From an uncultured Acidimicrobiales bacterium (GTDB lineage Bacteria > Actinomycetota > Acidimicrobiia > Acidimicrobiales > SHLQ01): DNA of 43,521 nucleotides. Below, piece after piece: positions 26,364-34,972 of this stretch. The translations under genes were made by a program, and so were the position numbers. Numbering within the stretch: the first letter of the stretch is position 1; every line of letters starts with the position of its first letter. The notes under the pieces are model-generated. The model did not search any database and was not told the DNA's origin. It worked only from the letters and a program-made list of their open reading frames with translations. The stretch spans positions 1 to 43,521 of the forward strand of contig CALBVR010000300.1 of the NCBI GenBank assembly GCA_937969565.1. Reading direction: 5' to 3'.

Positions 26364-26660
26364 GTGACCGAGCCCAGGAATTCCGCGCTCCCGGATGCGG
26401 CGCCGCCCGTCTGGGCCCGCATCGTCGCCGCTCTCTCGATCCTCATCGGTGGGGCCTGTGGCGGGCTGATCGGCTGGTCGGTCGTCGACCTGCAGTGCAC
26501 GGGTGACTGCGGCACCACCGCAGCACTCTCCGGAGTCGTCGGTGCGATCGCCGGCGCGATCGGCGTGGCCGTCGTCGCCGTACTCACTCTTCGCGCCATG
26601 GCCGAATGGAAGGCCATCGAGAACCGGGACCGCGCCCGCCGAGCCAGAGGACTTTCATGA
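26364..26660 (+). CDS. Small membrane protein (98 aa, 2 TM, CxxxC)
   Basis: GTG start with two hydrophobic helices. The stop overlaps the next gene's ATG (ATGA 26657-26660). Confidence 0.5.
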   Translation: MTEPRNSALPDAAPPVWARIVAALSILIGGACGGLIGWSVVDLQCTGDCGTTAALSGVVGAIAGAIGVAVVAVLTLRAMAEWKAIENRDRARRARGLS

Positions 26661-27427
26661 CCGACATCACCGTTGCAGAACTGCGACGGATTGCCGAGAC
26701 CATCGCCGCCGACGTCGGCCGGGAGGCCGGCGAGCGCCGGAGGAGCACGAGCTTCACCTGGACCACCAAGTCGTCCCACACTGATGTCGTCACCGAGATC
26801 GACACGTGGGCCGAGGAGCAGGTGGTTGCCCGAATCGAAGCGCTGCGCCCGAACGATGGCTTTCTCGGTGAGGAGGGCACGAACCGGCCGTCCGAAACCG
26901 GAATCATCTGGGTGATCGACCCGGTCGACGGAACGACGAACCTGCTGTACGACCTCCCCGGATGGAGCGTTTCCATCGCGGCTTCGATCGACGGCCGGTC
27001 TCACGCCGGTGCCGTCTACGATCCGGTCCGCAGCGAACTGTTCTCCGCCTCGCTGGGCGAAGGCGCCACCCGCAATGGCGACACGATCAGCGCATCGCCG
27101 AAGACCGAACTCTCCAGCGCATTGGTCGGCACCGGATTCAGCTATCAGTCGGCAGATCGTGGGCCACAGGCCGAGGCGCTGCGGACGATCCTGCCCGAGA
27201 TTCGAGACATCCGACGCAACGGTGGGGCCGCGCTCGACTTCTGCGCCGTCGCCTCAGGCCGACTCGACGCCTACTTCGAACGGAATCTGGCGCCGTGGGA
27301 TTCTGCGGCGGGTTCACTCATTGCGAGCGAAGCGGGGGCTAGTGTGCTGGACGACGGGCTCTCCGTTGCGGTTGCTCCGGGAATCGCATCCTCGTTCTTG
27401 GAATTGCTCGAACGAGCAGGCGCCTGA
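26657..27427 (+). CDS. Inositol monophosphatase family protein (SuhB/ImpA/HisN-like)
   Basis: Motifs FLGEEG, WVIDPVDGTTN and WDSAAG. Confidence 0.85.
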   Translation: MTDITVAELRRIAETIAADVGREAGERRRSTSFTWTTKSSHTDVVTEIDTWAEEQVVARIEALRPNDGFLGEEGTNRPSETGIIWVIDPVDGTTNLLYDLPGWSVSIAASIDGRSHAGAVYDPVRSELFSASLGEGATRNGDTISASPKTELSSALVGTGFSYQSADRGPQAEALRTILPEIRDIRRNGGAALDFCAVASGRLDAYFERNLAPWDSAAGSLIASEAGASVLDDGLSVAVAPGIASSFLELLERAGA

Positions 27428-27493
27428 AGAATTCCTCGGGATTCGACAGCGTCGGGAGAGTCGGGCGGCGGGAATTCAAGGTGGGACAAGGAA

Positions 27494-28183
27494 GTGACAA
27501 CATTGGGTACCCGAATACTTACGGTTGAAGATGACGAGCGGATCCGCACTGCGGTGAAGCTCGCCCTCGAAGACGAGGGATGGGAAGTCATCGAGTCGGA
27601 CAACGGCGAGGACGCGCTCCTCAAGTTCGGCCAGCAACCTGCAGACGTCGTCCTGATCGACATCATGCTTCCCGGCATCGATGGCTTCGACGTGTGTCGG
27701 TCGATCCGACGCGCCTCGGACGTTCCGATCGTCATGGTCACCGCCCGCGCCGACACCCACGACGTCGTGGCTGGGCTCGAAGCCGGGGCCGACGACTACC
27801 TGACCAAGCCTTTCGCTCCCAAGGAGCTCTCCGCTCGAATCCGAGCGCTTCTGCGTCGCTCCCGCACGTCCGATGCCCCGGCAGCGGACATGGCCTTCGG
27901 CGACCTCGAGGTCATCCCCGACCAGGGCGTCGTCCGCAAGGCGGGCGAAGAGGTCCACCTCACCAAGACCGAGTTCCGGCTGCTGGTCGAGCTCGCTTCG
28001 GCTCCCGGAAAGGTCTTCTCGCGTGAAGCGTTGCTCGAGAAGGTCTGGGGCTACGGCTACTTCGGTGATGGTCGACTCGTCGACGTCCACATCCGTCGAC
28101 TCCGCACGAAGATCGAGAACGATCCGGCGGATCCACAACATGTCGTGACGGTGCGCGGCCTGGGTTACAAGCTCCAAACCTGA
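27494..28183 (+). CDS. mtrA: OmpR-family response regulator, MtrA-like
   Basis: Receiver domain (ILTVEDD, VLIDIMLPGIDG, TKPF) plus winged helix (LTKTEFRLL..., VRGLGYKL). It is followed by an MtrB-like kinase and a GerMN lipoprotein. Confidence 0.85.
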   Translation: MTTLGTRILTVEDDERIRTAVKLALEDEGWEVIESDNGEDALLKFGQQPADVVLIDIMLPGIDGFDVCRSIRRASDVPIVMVTARADTHDVVAGLEAGADDYLTKPFAPKELSARIRALLRRSRTSDAPAADMAFGDLEVIPDQGVVRKAGEEVHLTKTEFRLLVELASAPGKVFSREALLEKVWGYGYFGDGRLVDVHIRRLRTKIENDPADPQHVVTVRGLGYKLQT

Positions 28184-28192
28184 TCCTTCTCG

Positions 28193-29605
28193 ATGCGCCG
28201 TTTCCGCCTCGGCCTGCGCTCGCGGGTGACCGTGCTCTTTGCACTCGGCGGACTCGTGGTTGCCGCGCTCCTTGCCGTGATCACGCTGGCCATCACCCGG
28301 CAGGCGCTCCTGTCGAACCGCGCCGACACCGCACAGGACGTCGTGTTCGGCAATGCGGCTCGTGTCGTCACCCGGCTGACGTCCGACCTCGATTCTGGTG
28401 TCGCTCAGGCGGTGCTGGACACGCTGAACACCTCCGCCGGCTCACGACCGCTGCTGGAGATCGGCGATACGACCCGATCACTCGATGAGTCCTTCACCCG
28501 CGACGACCTGCCGGCGAGTCTCCAGGCGCTGGTTCGACAGGGTGAGGTCGCCCGCATCCGCACCACCGTGCAGGACGTGCCGGCCATCGTCTACGCAATC
28601 CCGATCGACGGCTTCGAGCAGGACGTCTACTACTACGAGGCCGTGCCTCTGGGTGAGGTCGAAGACACGCTCGGGACCCTGCAGTACGTGCTCTTGGGTG
28701 GCGCGTTGATCGTGGCCGCCTTCGCCGCGCTCGCAGGGCGGTTTGCGGCGAGCGGAGCCCTCCGTCCCCTACGCGAGGTCTCCGAAGCGGCTGAGGCGAT
28801 CGCAGGCGGCCGTCTGGACACTCGATTGGATCCGCAGGGTGACGAAGACCTCGTCAGCCTGGCGGCCTCGTTCAACGAGATGGCCGGTGGCCTCGAGGAA
28901 CGCATCCAGCGTGACGCCCGCTTCGCCAGTGAAGTGAGCCACGAGCTCCGCAGTCCGCTCATGACCCTGACGGCCTCGGTGGAAGTGCTCGAGAACGCCA
29001 AGCACGAGATGACGCCGCGTTCTCAGACGGCCCTCGACCTGTTGTCGAGTGACATTGCCCGCTTCCAGACCCTTGTCGAGGACCTGCTCGAGATCTCGCG
29101 GTTCGACGTCGGCACAGCGGCGCTCCAGGCCGATCCGCTCTTGTACGCAGAGTTCGTTCGGGCGGCCGTCGGGGTGAGCTCCACGCCAGAGTGTCCTGTC
29201 GAGGTGGACGAGGCGGTCGAGGAGGTCGTCGTCGAGGCAGACAAGCGGCGCCTTGCCCGTGTGGTCGCCAACCTCGTCGACAACGCCCGCAAGTACGGCG
29301 GTGGCGCGACACGAATCCATCTGTCCACGACGCCGCACAATTCGGTGTTGATGGCCGTCGAGGACGACGGACCCGGCGTGCCGCTCGACGAGCGGTTCGT
29401 GATCTTCGACCGGTTCAGCCGTGGCGGTGCCGGTGGACGGCGCGGCTACGACACGGGTGTTGGGCTCGGCCTGTCGCTCGTGGCGGAGCATGTCAACCTG
29501 CACGGCGGCCGGGTCTGGGTCGAGGACCGCCCGGACGGCAACCAGGGTGCCCGGTTCGTGGTCGAACTGCCGATCGCCGACTTCCCGGACGAGGAGTTCG
29601 CCTGA
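28193..29605 (+). CDS. mtrB: Sensor histidine kinase, MtrB-like
   Basis: TM-sensor-TM, a HAMP region, H-box FASEVSHELRSPL, N-box NLVDNARKY, and G-boxes DDGPGV and GLGLSLV. Confidence 0.85.
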   Translation: MRRFRLGLRSRVTVLFALGGLVVAALLAVITLAITRQALLSNRADTAQDVVFGNAARVVTRLTSDLDSGVAQAVLDTLNTSAGSRPLLEIGDTTRSLDESFTRDDLPASLQALVRQGEVARIRTTVQDVPAIVYAIPIDGFEQDVYYYEAVPLGEVEDTLGTLQYVLLGGALIVAAFAALAGRFAASGALRPLREVSEAAEAIAGGRLDTRLDPQGDEDLVSLAASFNEMAGGLEERIQRDARFASEVSHELRSPLMTLTASVEVLENAKHEMTPRSQTALDLLSSDIARFQTLVEDLLEISRFDVGTAALQADPLLYAEFVRAAVGVSSTPECPVEVDEAVEEVVVEADKRRLARVVANLVDNARKYGGGATRIHLSTTPHNSVLMAVEDDGPGVPLDERFVIFDRFSRGGAGGRRGYDTGVGLGLSLVAEHVNLHGGRVWVEDRPDGNQGARFVVELPIADFPDEEFA

Positions 29606-30234
29606 TGCGCCGTTGTGTCGCCGTCGTCGCTTCGCTGCTGCTCACGGTTGGAGCGTGCGGTATCCCGCTGGACAGCGAGCCCGAGATCATTGCGGCCGAA
29701 GACCTGCCCGCCGGTCTGCGCCCCACCACCTCCACCACCAGCACGACCGTGCTGGAGTCGATTGCCGAGGAGATCACGATCTATCTGGTTCGTCCCACCG
29801 AAGACGGGTCGAACCTACTCGAACCGGTCGTTCGGCAGATCGCTGCGGTGGAGAGCACCGACTTCGCTGCGGCGGCGCTGCGTCAGGTCTTTGCCGGTCC
29901 CACCGCCGAGGAACGTGAGGAGCTCATCACCCTCACCGTCGGTTCGACCGACGAACCGATCCAGGTCGTCGAAACCCGCCGGCCCGCCGACGGTCGGCTG
30001 GTCGTCGTGCTGTCCGAGCTCCCGTCGATCGAGGGCGGCGAACGCGTCACCGCGTTCGCCCAAATGGTGTTCACGGTCACGGCGTTCGACAGCGTCGAAG
30101 AGGTCCGCTTCCAGGTCTCCAACGACGCAGGCGAACCGGAGTTCATCACCGTCAACACCGACGACGGCGACGTGAACGCCTTCGTCGGACCCGACGACTA
30201 CCGGAGCCTCGCCCCCACGATCCCACCAAGCTGA
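29605..30234 (+). CDS. Short LpqB-like lipoprotein (GerMN-type domain only)
   Basis: The ATG overlaps the mtrB stop (TGATG). The lipobox is LLLTVGAC. The body, ITIYLV...LEPVVR...AALRQVFAGPT.EE, has a GerMN-like pattern. It is only 209 aa. Confidence 0.6.
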   Translation: MRRCVAVVASLLLTVGACGIPLDSEPEIIAAEDLPAGLRPTTSTTSTTVLESIAEEITIYLVRPTEDGSNLLEPVVRQIAAVESTDFAAAALRQVFAGPTAEEREELITLTVGSTDEPIQVVETRRPADGRLVVVLSELPSIEGGERVTAFAQMVFTVTAFDSVEEVRFQVSNDAGEPEFITVNTDDGDVNAFVGPDDYRSLAPTIPPS

Positions 30235-30267
30235 CTCGAACCGGCTCCGCCCATGGCGGACCCGGCG

Positions 30268-31290
30268 TCACGCCATGAAGGTCGAGGCCACCTCGTAGAG
30301 GTGCGGGTTGACGTACTTGAGTCCGGCGACCGCTTCGCCCAGATCGACGCGAGTCATCGAGCCGCACTGGTAGGCGACCATCTGCCCGAAGGCCTCGTCG
30401 GCAGCCATCGAGGCCGCTTCGACCCCGTACCAGGTCGCCAGGACCCGATCGAAGGCCGATGGCTCGCCGCCGCGCTGCACGTATCCGAGCACGGTTGTGC
30501 GGGTTTCGAACCCGGTGCGATCGGTGATCTCCCGGGCGACGAGTTCACCGATGCCACCGAGCTTGATGTGGCCGAACTCGTCGAAGGAATCCTCGGGGAT
30601 GTCGAGCGTGCCGGGTACGGGCTTGGCCCCTTCCGCAACGACGACGATGGACGCGAACTTGCGCTTGTGACGCCGCTGCAGCGCGTCGGCGACCTCGGCG
30701 ATGTCGAAGGGGTGCTCGGGGATCAGCGTGAGGCTGGCGCCGCCGGCGAGCCCGGCCCAGGTGGCGATGTGGCCGACGTGGCGCCCCATGACTTCCACGA
30801 CCATGACGCGGTCGTGGGATTCTGCGGTCGTGTGCAGCCGTCCGATCGCCTCGGTGGCGATGTCGACGGCGGTGGCGAACCCGAAGGTCATCTCGGTCGA
30901 CCCGATGTCGTTGTCGATCGTCTTGGGGACGCCGAGCACGGGGAATCCGAGCTTGTACATCTCGTGGGCGCAGGACAGCGTGCCTTCACCACCGATGGCG
31001 ATGAGCGCATCGACGCCGTTGGCTTCCAGCGTGCGCCGGCAGGCGTCGCGTCCATCCTCTCGCATGAAGGGGTTGATGCGGGTCGTTCCGAGCACGGTGC
31101 CGCCACGCGTGAGCAGACCACGGCAGCCCTCGACGTCGAGTTCCATGAACTCGTTCTCCATCACGCCGCGCCATCCATCGAGGAATCCGATGACTTCGTC
31201 ACCGTTCTCGGTCGCCTTTCGTACGACACCCCGGATGACGGCGTTGAGCCCTGGAGCGTCACCTCCACCGGTCAGAACCGCAAGTTTCAT
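30268..31290 (-). CDS. pfkA: 6-phosphofructokinase
   Basis: Motifs MKLAVLTGGGDAPGLNAVIRGVV, LIAIGGEGTL, VGVPKTIDND and MGRHVGHIA. Confidence 0.9.
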   Translation of the reverse strand: MKLAVLTGGGDAPGLNAVIRGVVRKATENGDEVIGFLDGWRGVMENEFMELDVEGCRGLLTRGGTVLGTTRINPFMREDGRDACRRTLEANGVDALIAIGGEGTLSCAHEMYKLGFPVLGVPKTIDNDIGSTEMTFGFATAVDIATEAIGRLHTTAESHDRVMVVEVMGRHVGHIATWAGLAGGASLTLIPEHPFDIAEVADALQRRHKRKFASIVVVAEGAKPVPGTLDIPEDSFDEFGHIKLGGIGELVAREITDRTGFETRTTVLGYVQRGGEPSAFDRVLATWYGVEAASMAADEAFGQMVAYQCGSMTRVDLGEAVAGLKYVNPHLYEVASTFMA

Positions 31291-31323
31291 GACACGAGCC
31301 TACGGTCGCTCTACGCTGCGGCA

Positions 31324-32793
31324 ATGGCTGTAGTCGTCGCAATTGATTCTGGAACAACCGGCGTCCGATCCATCGCTTTCAGCGATACCGGGCTGCCCCT
31401 CGCCTCGTCGTACCGGGAGTTCCCGCAGTACTTCCCCCAACCCGGTTGGGTGGAGCATGACGCCGAGGAGATCTGGTCGGCGGTCGAGACGACCCTGGCC
31501 GAGTTGATGGGTCAGATCGATGAACCGATCGCGGCGATCGGCATCACCGATCAGCGTGAAACCGTGGTCGTGTGGGACACCACGACCGGGAAGCCGTTGC
31601 ACCGGGCGATCGTCTGGCAGGACCGCCGGACCGCTGAACGATGCGACGCCCTGGCCGAGGCCGGTCACCTGGACATGGTCCGTCGCACCACGGGTCTCGT
31701 GCTCGACCCCTACTTCTCCGGGAGCAAGCTCGAATGGTTGATCGCCGGCGGACACGTCGAGGTCACTGGCTCGACGGCCTTTGGCACGGTCGATTCGTGG
31801 CTCGTGTGGAAGCTCACCAACGGTGCCGCGCACATCACCGACACGACCAACGCCAGTCGCACGCTCCTCTACGACATCGGGGCGATGCAGTGGAGCGACG
31901 AGATGCTTGACCTCTTCGGCGTTCCGAAGTCGATCATGCCGGAGGTCATGCCGTCCTCAGGCCGGTACGGGACGGTGGCTGCGGGCCATGCGGTGCCGGA
32001 AGGCACGCCGATCTCGGGCATCGCCGGCGACCAGCAGGCGGCCCTGTTCGGGCAGGCGTGCTTCTCCCCCGGCGCCGCCAAGAACACGTACGGCACGGGC
32101 TCGTTCATCCTGATGAACGTCGGGCAGACGATGCCCGAACCGGTCGACGGTCTGCTCACCACCGTGGGCTGGACGCTGGCCGATGGCAGCACGACCTACG
32201 CGATGGAAGGTGCAATCTTCGTCACCGGCGCCGCCATTCAATGGTTGCGTGACGGTCTCAACATCATCGATGACGCGGCCGAGGTCGGCCCGCTTGCCGC
32301 CTCCGTGGAATCGTCGGACGACGTGTTCATGGTTCCCGCATTCGCCGGCCTGGGCAGTCCGTGGTGGGACGCCCATGCCCGAGGCACGATCATCGGCCTC
32401 ACACGCGGCACCACCCGGGCCCACATCGCCCGGGCGACGGTGGAGTCGATGGCGCTGCAAACACGGGACGTCATCGACGCCATGTCGAACGCCGGTGGGG
32501 TCACGGCCGACAGTCTGCGCGTGGACGGCGGAGCGTCGGTAATGGACCTGCTCCTGCAGATTCAGGCCGACCAGATCGGTGTTCCCGTTCACCGATCGTC
32601 GATCACCGAGACCACGGCGCTGGGGGCCGCCTACCTGGCGGGCATCGCTGAGGGCGTGTGGAGCAGCACCGACGAGGTGTCGGACGCATGGCGCTCGGAC
32701 CATACGGCCGAGCCGGCCGCCGACCGGGAAGCCGCCGACGCGTTGCATGCCCGCTGGTTGCAGGCGCTCGAGCGTTCCCGAAACTGGGCCTGA
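31324..32793 (+). CDS. glpK: Glycerol kinase
   Basis: The ATG at 31324 gives MAVVVAIDSGTTGVRSIAF, then GWVEHDAEEIW, ITDQRETVVVWD, GDQQAALFGQ and KNTYGTGSF. The upstream part of ORF 30253..32793 is antisense to pfkA. Confidence 0.93.
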   Translation: MAVVVAIDSGTTGVRSIAFSDTGLPLASSYREFPQYFPQPGWVEHDAEEIWSAVETTLAELMGQIDEPIAAIGITDQRETVVVWDTTTGKPLHRAIVWQDRRTAERCDALAEAGHLDMVRRTTGLVLDPYFSGSKLEWLIAGGHVEVTGSTAFGTVDSWLVWKLTNGAAHITDTTNASRTLLYDIGAMQWSDEMLDLFGVPKSIMPEVMPSSGRYGTVAAGHAVPEGTPISGIAGDQQAALFGQACFSPGAAKNTYGTGSFILMNVGQTMPEPVDGLLTTVGWTLADGSTTYAMEGAIFVTGAAIQWLRDGLNIIDDAAEVGPLAASVESSDDVFMVPAFAGLGSPWWDAHARGTIIGLTRGTTRAHIARATVESMALQTRDVIDAMSNAGGVTADSLRVDGGASVMDLLLQIQADQIGVPVHRSSITETTALGAAYLAGIAEGVWSSTDEVSDAWRSDHTAEPAADREAADALHARWLQALERSRNWA

Positions 32794-32814
32794 CCCCGCT
32801 CGCTGACGCGACGC

Positions 32815-33990
32815 TCAGACGAGCTTGGGGAGCGCCTTGTTCAGGCTGCGGACCGCCTGATTGATGCGCTGTTCGTTCTCGATCAGAGCGAACCTGACGT
32901 TGCCTTCACCACCGGGACCGAACCCGACCCCGGGCGAGAGGGCCACGTCGGCCTCCCTGACCAGCATGGAACAGAACTCGACCGACCCCATCTCCCGATA
33001 GGGCTCGGGGATCGGCGCCCATGCGAACATCGTGCCCTTCGGAGGCTCGATCTCCCAGCCGATGCGGGCCAGGCCGTCCACCAGCGTGTTCCGACGGCTC
33101 TCGTAGATCGCACAGGCTTCCTGCGGATAGTCCACCGCCTCGTTCATCGTGACGGTTGCCGCGATCTGGATCGGCTGGAACGTGCCGTAGTCCAGGTAGC
33201 TCTTCATCTTCGCGAGCGCTCCGACGACCTCGGGGTTGCCCGCCAGGAAGGCCACTCGCCAGCCGGCCATCGAGTAGCTCTTCGTCATCGAATAGAGCTC
33301 GACTGCGACGTCCTTGGCTCCTTCCGCCTGCAGGATCGACGGCGGCATGTAGCCATCGAACCCGAGGTCGGCGTAGGCGAGGTCGTGCACCAACAGGACC
33401 TCCTTCTCGCGAGCGAAGTCGACGATGCGCTGCATGTACTCGAGGTCGACGCAGGTGGTGGTGGGGTTGTGAGGGAACGACAGGACGATGACCCGTGGCC
33501 GCGGCCACGAGTACTCGAACCGCTCCTGGAGCGACTCGAAGAAGTCCTCGCCCGTTCCGAGCGGAACCTCACGAATCTGTGCACCGGCGAACAGCGGAGC
33601 GAAGAGATGGATCGGGTACGACGGCGATGGCACCAGGGCCGCATCGCCGGACTGGAGGAGCACCCACATCAGGTGGCTGAAGCCCTCCTTCGCCCCGATC
33701 GTGTTGATGACCTCGGTCTCCGGATCGAGGTCCACGTCGAAGCGACGCTTGTACATGTCGCAGAAGGCTTCGCGGAGCTTCGGAAGTCCGCGACTCATGG
33801 AGTAGCGGTGGTTGCGGGGGTTGCCGGCCGCTTCCTGAAGCTTCTCGACGGCGATGTCTGGGCTCGGCAGGTCAGGGTTGCCGAACCCGAGGTCGATCAC
33901 GTCTGCGCCCGCTTGTCTCGCCTCGATCTTCAGCTGGTTGATGATCGTGAAAACGTAGGGCGGAAGCCCGTTGATGCGGCGAAACTCCAT
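32815..33990 (-). CDS. Class I/II PLP-dependent aminotransferase (AlaA/AspC-like)
   Basis: Motifs LPPYVFTIINQLK, IDLGFGNPD, SFPHNPT, and YSMTKSYSMAGWRVAF (PLP-Lys context). Confidence 0.88.
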   Translation of the reverse strand: MEFRRINGLPPYVFTIINQLKIEARQAGADVIDLGFGNPDLPSPDIAVEKLQEAAGNPRNHRYSMSRGLPKLREAFCDMYKRRFDVDLDPETEVINTIGAKEGFSHLMWVLLQSGDAALVPSPSYPIHLFAPLFAGAQIREVPLGTGEDFFESLQERFEYSWPRPRVIVLSFPHNPTTTCVDLEYMQRIVDFAREKEVLLVHDLAYADLGFDGYMPPSILQAEGAKDVAVELYSMTKSYSMAGWRVAFLAGNPEVVGALAKMKSYLDYGTFQPIQIAATVTMNEAVDYPQEACAIYESRRNTLVDGLARIGWEIEPPKGTMFAWAPIPEPYREMGSVEFCSMLVREADVALSPGVGFGPGGEGNVRFALIENEQRINQAVRSLNKALPKLV

Positions 33991-34018
33991 CCCCGAACGC
34001 TAGCCGGGACGATCTGGC

Positions 34019-34972
34019 CTACTGGTCGACTGTGACCAATTCGGCAGCCAACGCGGCCGAACCGATCGCGCCGGCGTAAGAACCGAGCTCAGCGAGCTTC
34101 ACCGGAACGGACGGACGATAGTCGGCTCCGAGGATGCGGGCATTGAGGTTCTCCTCGATCCCGGCGCGGAGCACCTCACCGAGGTCGACGAGGCCGCCAC
34201 CGAGCACGAAGACTTCCGGGTCGAGCACGTAGACCAGGTCGGCCATCCCGACCGCCACATCCCGGGAGAACCGTTGGATGAGGGCCTCGATGCCGGGCTC
34301 GCCGGAGAGGAGCAGCTCGTTGACGTGCTCACCGCGGATGTCGGCCACCGATCCGGCTTTGTCGACCAGTGCGTCGAGGCGCCCTTCGGCCGCCCACTTG
34401 CGGGCGAGCCGTCCCAGCCCGTTGCCGGAGGCGTAGTACTCCCAAGGTCCAGGGGCCCCGGTGATGTGCTGAGGGCCATCGCGTTGGATCGTGATGTGGC
34501 CGGACTCACCGGCATAGCCGTGAGCACCGCGGAAGAGCTTTCCGTTGAGCACGAAGCCGGTCCCGATACCGGTTCCGAGCGCCACGAACGCCATGTCGTC
34601 GTGACCCTTGCCGGCGCCGAACTGGGCTTCGGCCCACGTGGCGGCGGTGGCATCGTTCTCGGCGACGACGGGGACGTCGATCCGCTTCTGCACTTCGGCG
34701 ACCAGCGGATAGTTCACGACACCGGGGATGTTCGGGGCGTACCGAAAGATCCCGTCGGAATCCATCAGCGCAGCCATGCCCAGACCGATCGCGGAGATCG
34801 GTTCGCCGATGTCCTCGGACAGTCCCGTGGCCACCTCGACGATGGTCTCCACCAGCACGTCGCCGTCGGGCCTGGTGCGGCTGCGTCGAATCGCCAGCGG
34901 TTCGGTCGAGCCGGGCCGGAGACCCACGCCGCGCACGTTGGTTCCGCCAACGTCGAATCCGATGATCAGCAT
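34019..34972 (-). CDS. ROK-family sugar kinase (glucokinase-like), lacking the Zn-Cys motif
   Basis: The ATG at 34972 gives MLIIGFDVGGTNVRG, then ENDATAATWAE, GTGIGTGFVLNG and GYAGESGH. Where CxCGxxGCxE is expected it reads HITGAPGPWE. Confidence 0.82.
   Translation of the reverse strand: MLIIGFDVGGTNVRGVGLRPGSTEPLAIRRSRTRPDGDVLVETIVEVATGLSEDIGEPISAIGLGMAALMDSDGIFRYAPNIPGVVNYPLVAEVQKRIDVPVVAENDATAATWAEAQFGAGKGHDDMAFVALGTGIGTGFVLNGKLFRGAHGYAGESGHITIQRDGPQHITGAPGPWEYYASGNGLGRLARKWAAEGRLDALVDKAGSVADIRGEHVNELLLSGEPGIEALIQRFSRDVAVGMADLVYVLDPEVFVLGGGLVDLGEVLRAGIEENLNARILGADYRPSVPVKLAELGSYAGAIGSAALAAELVTVDQ

Noticed and set aside
26258-27004. N-terminal 249-codon extension of the dinB ORF (24968..27004)
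   Set aside because: The canonical Pol IV N-terminus (ILHVDMDAFYASVE) begins right after the ATG at 26257. The extension overlaps the small membrane ORF and the inositol monophosphatase gene on the other strand and is low complexity.
27429-27477. GAATTCC ... GGAATTC 7-bp inverted repeat with 35-nt spacer upstream of mtrA
   Set aside because: The arms are short and far apart. This is compatible with chance, and I cannot support a regulatory call.
30253-31323. 5' part of the 846-aa ORF that ends as glpK
   Set aside because: This stretch is antisense to pfkA. The GlpK homology starts at the ATG at 31324 (MAVVVAIDSGTTG).
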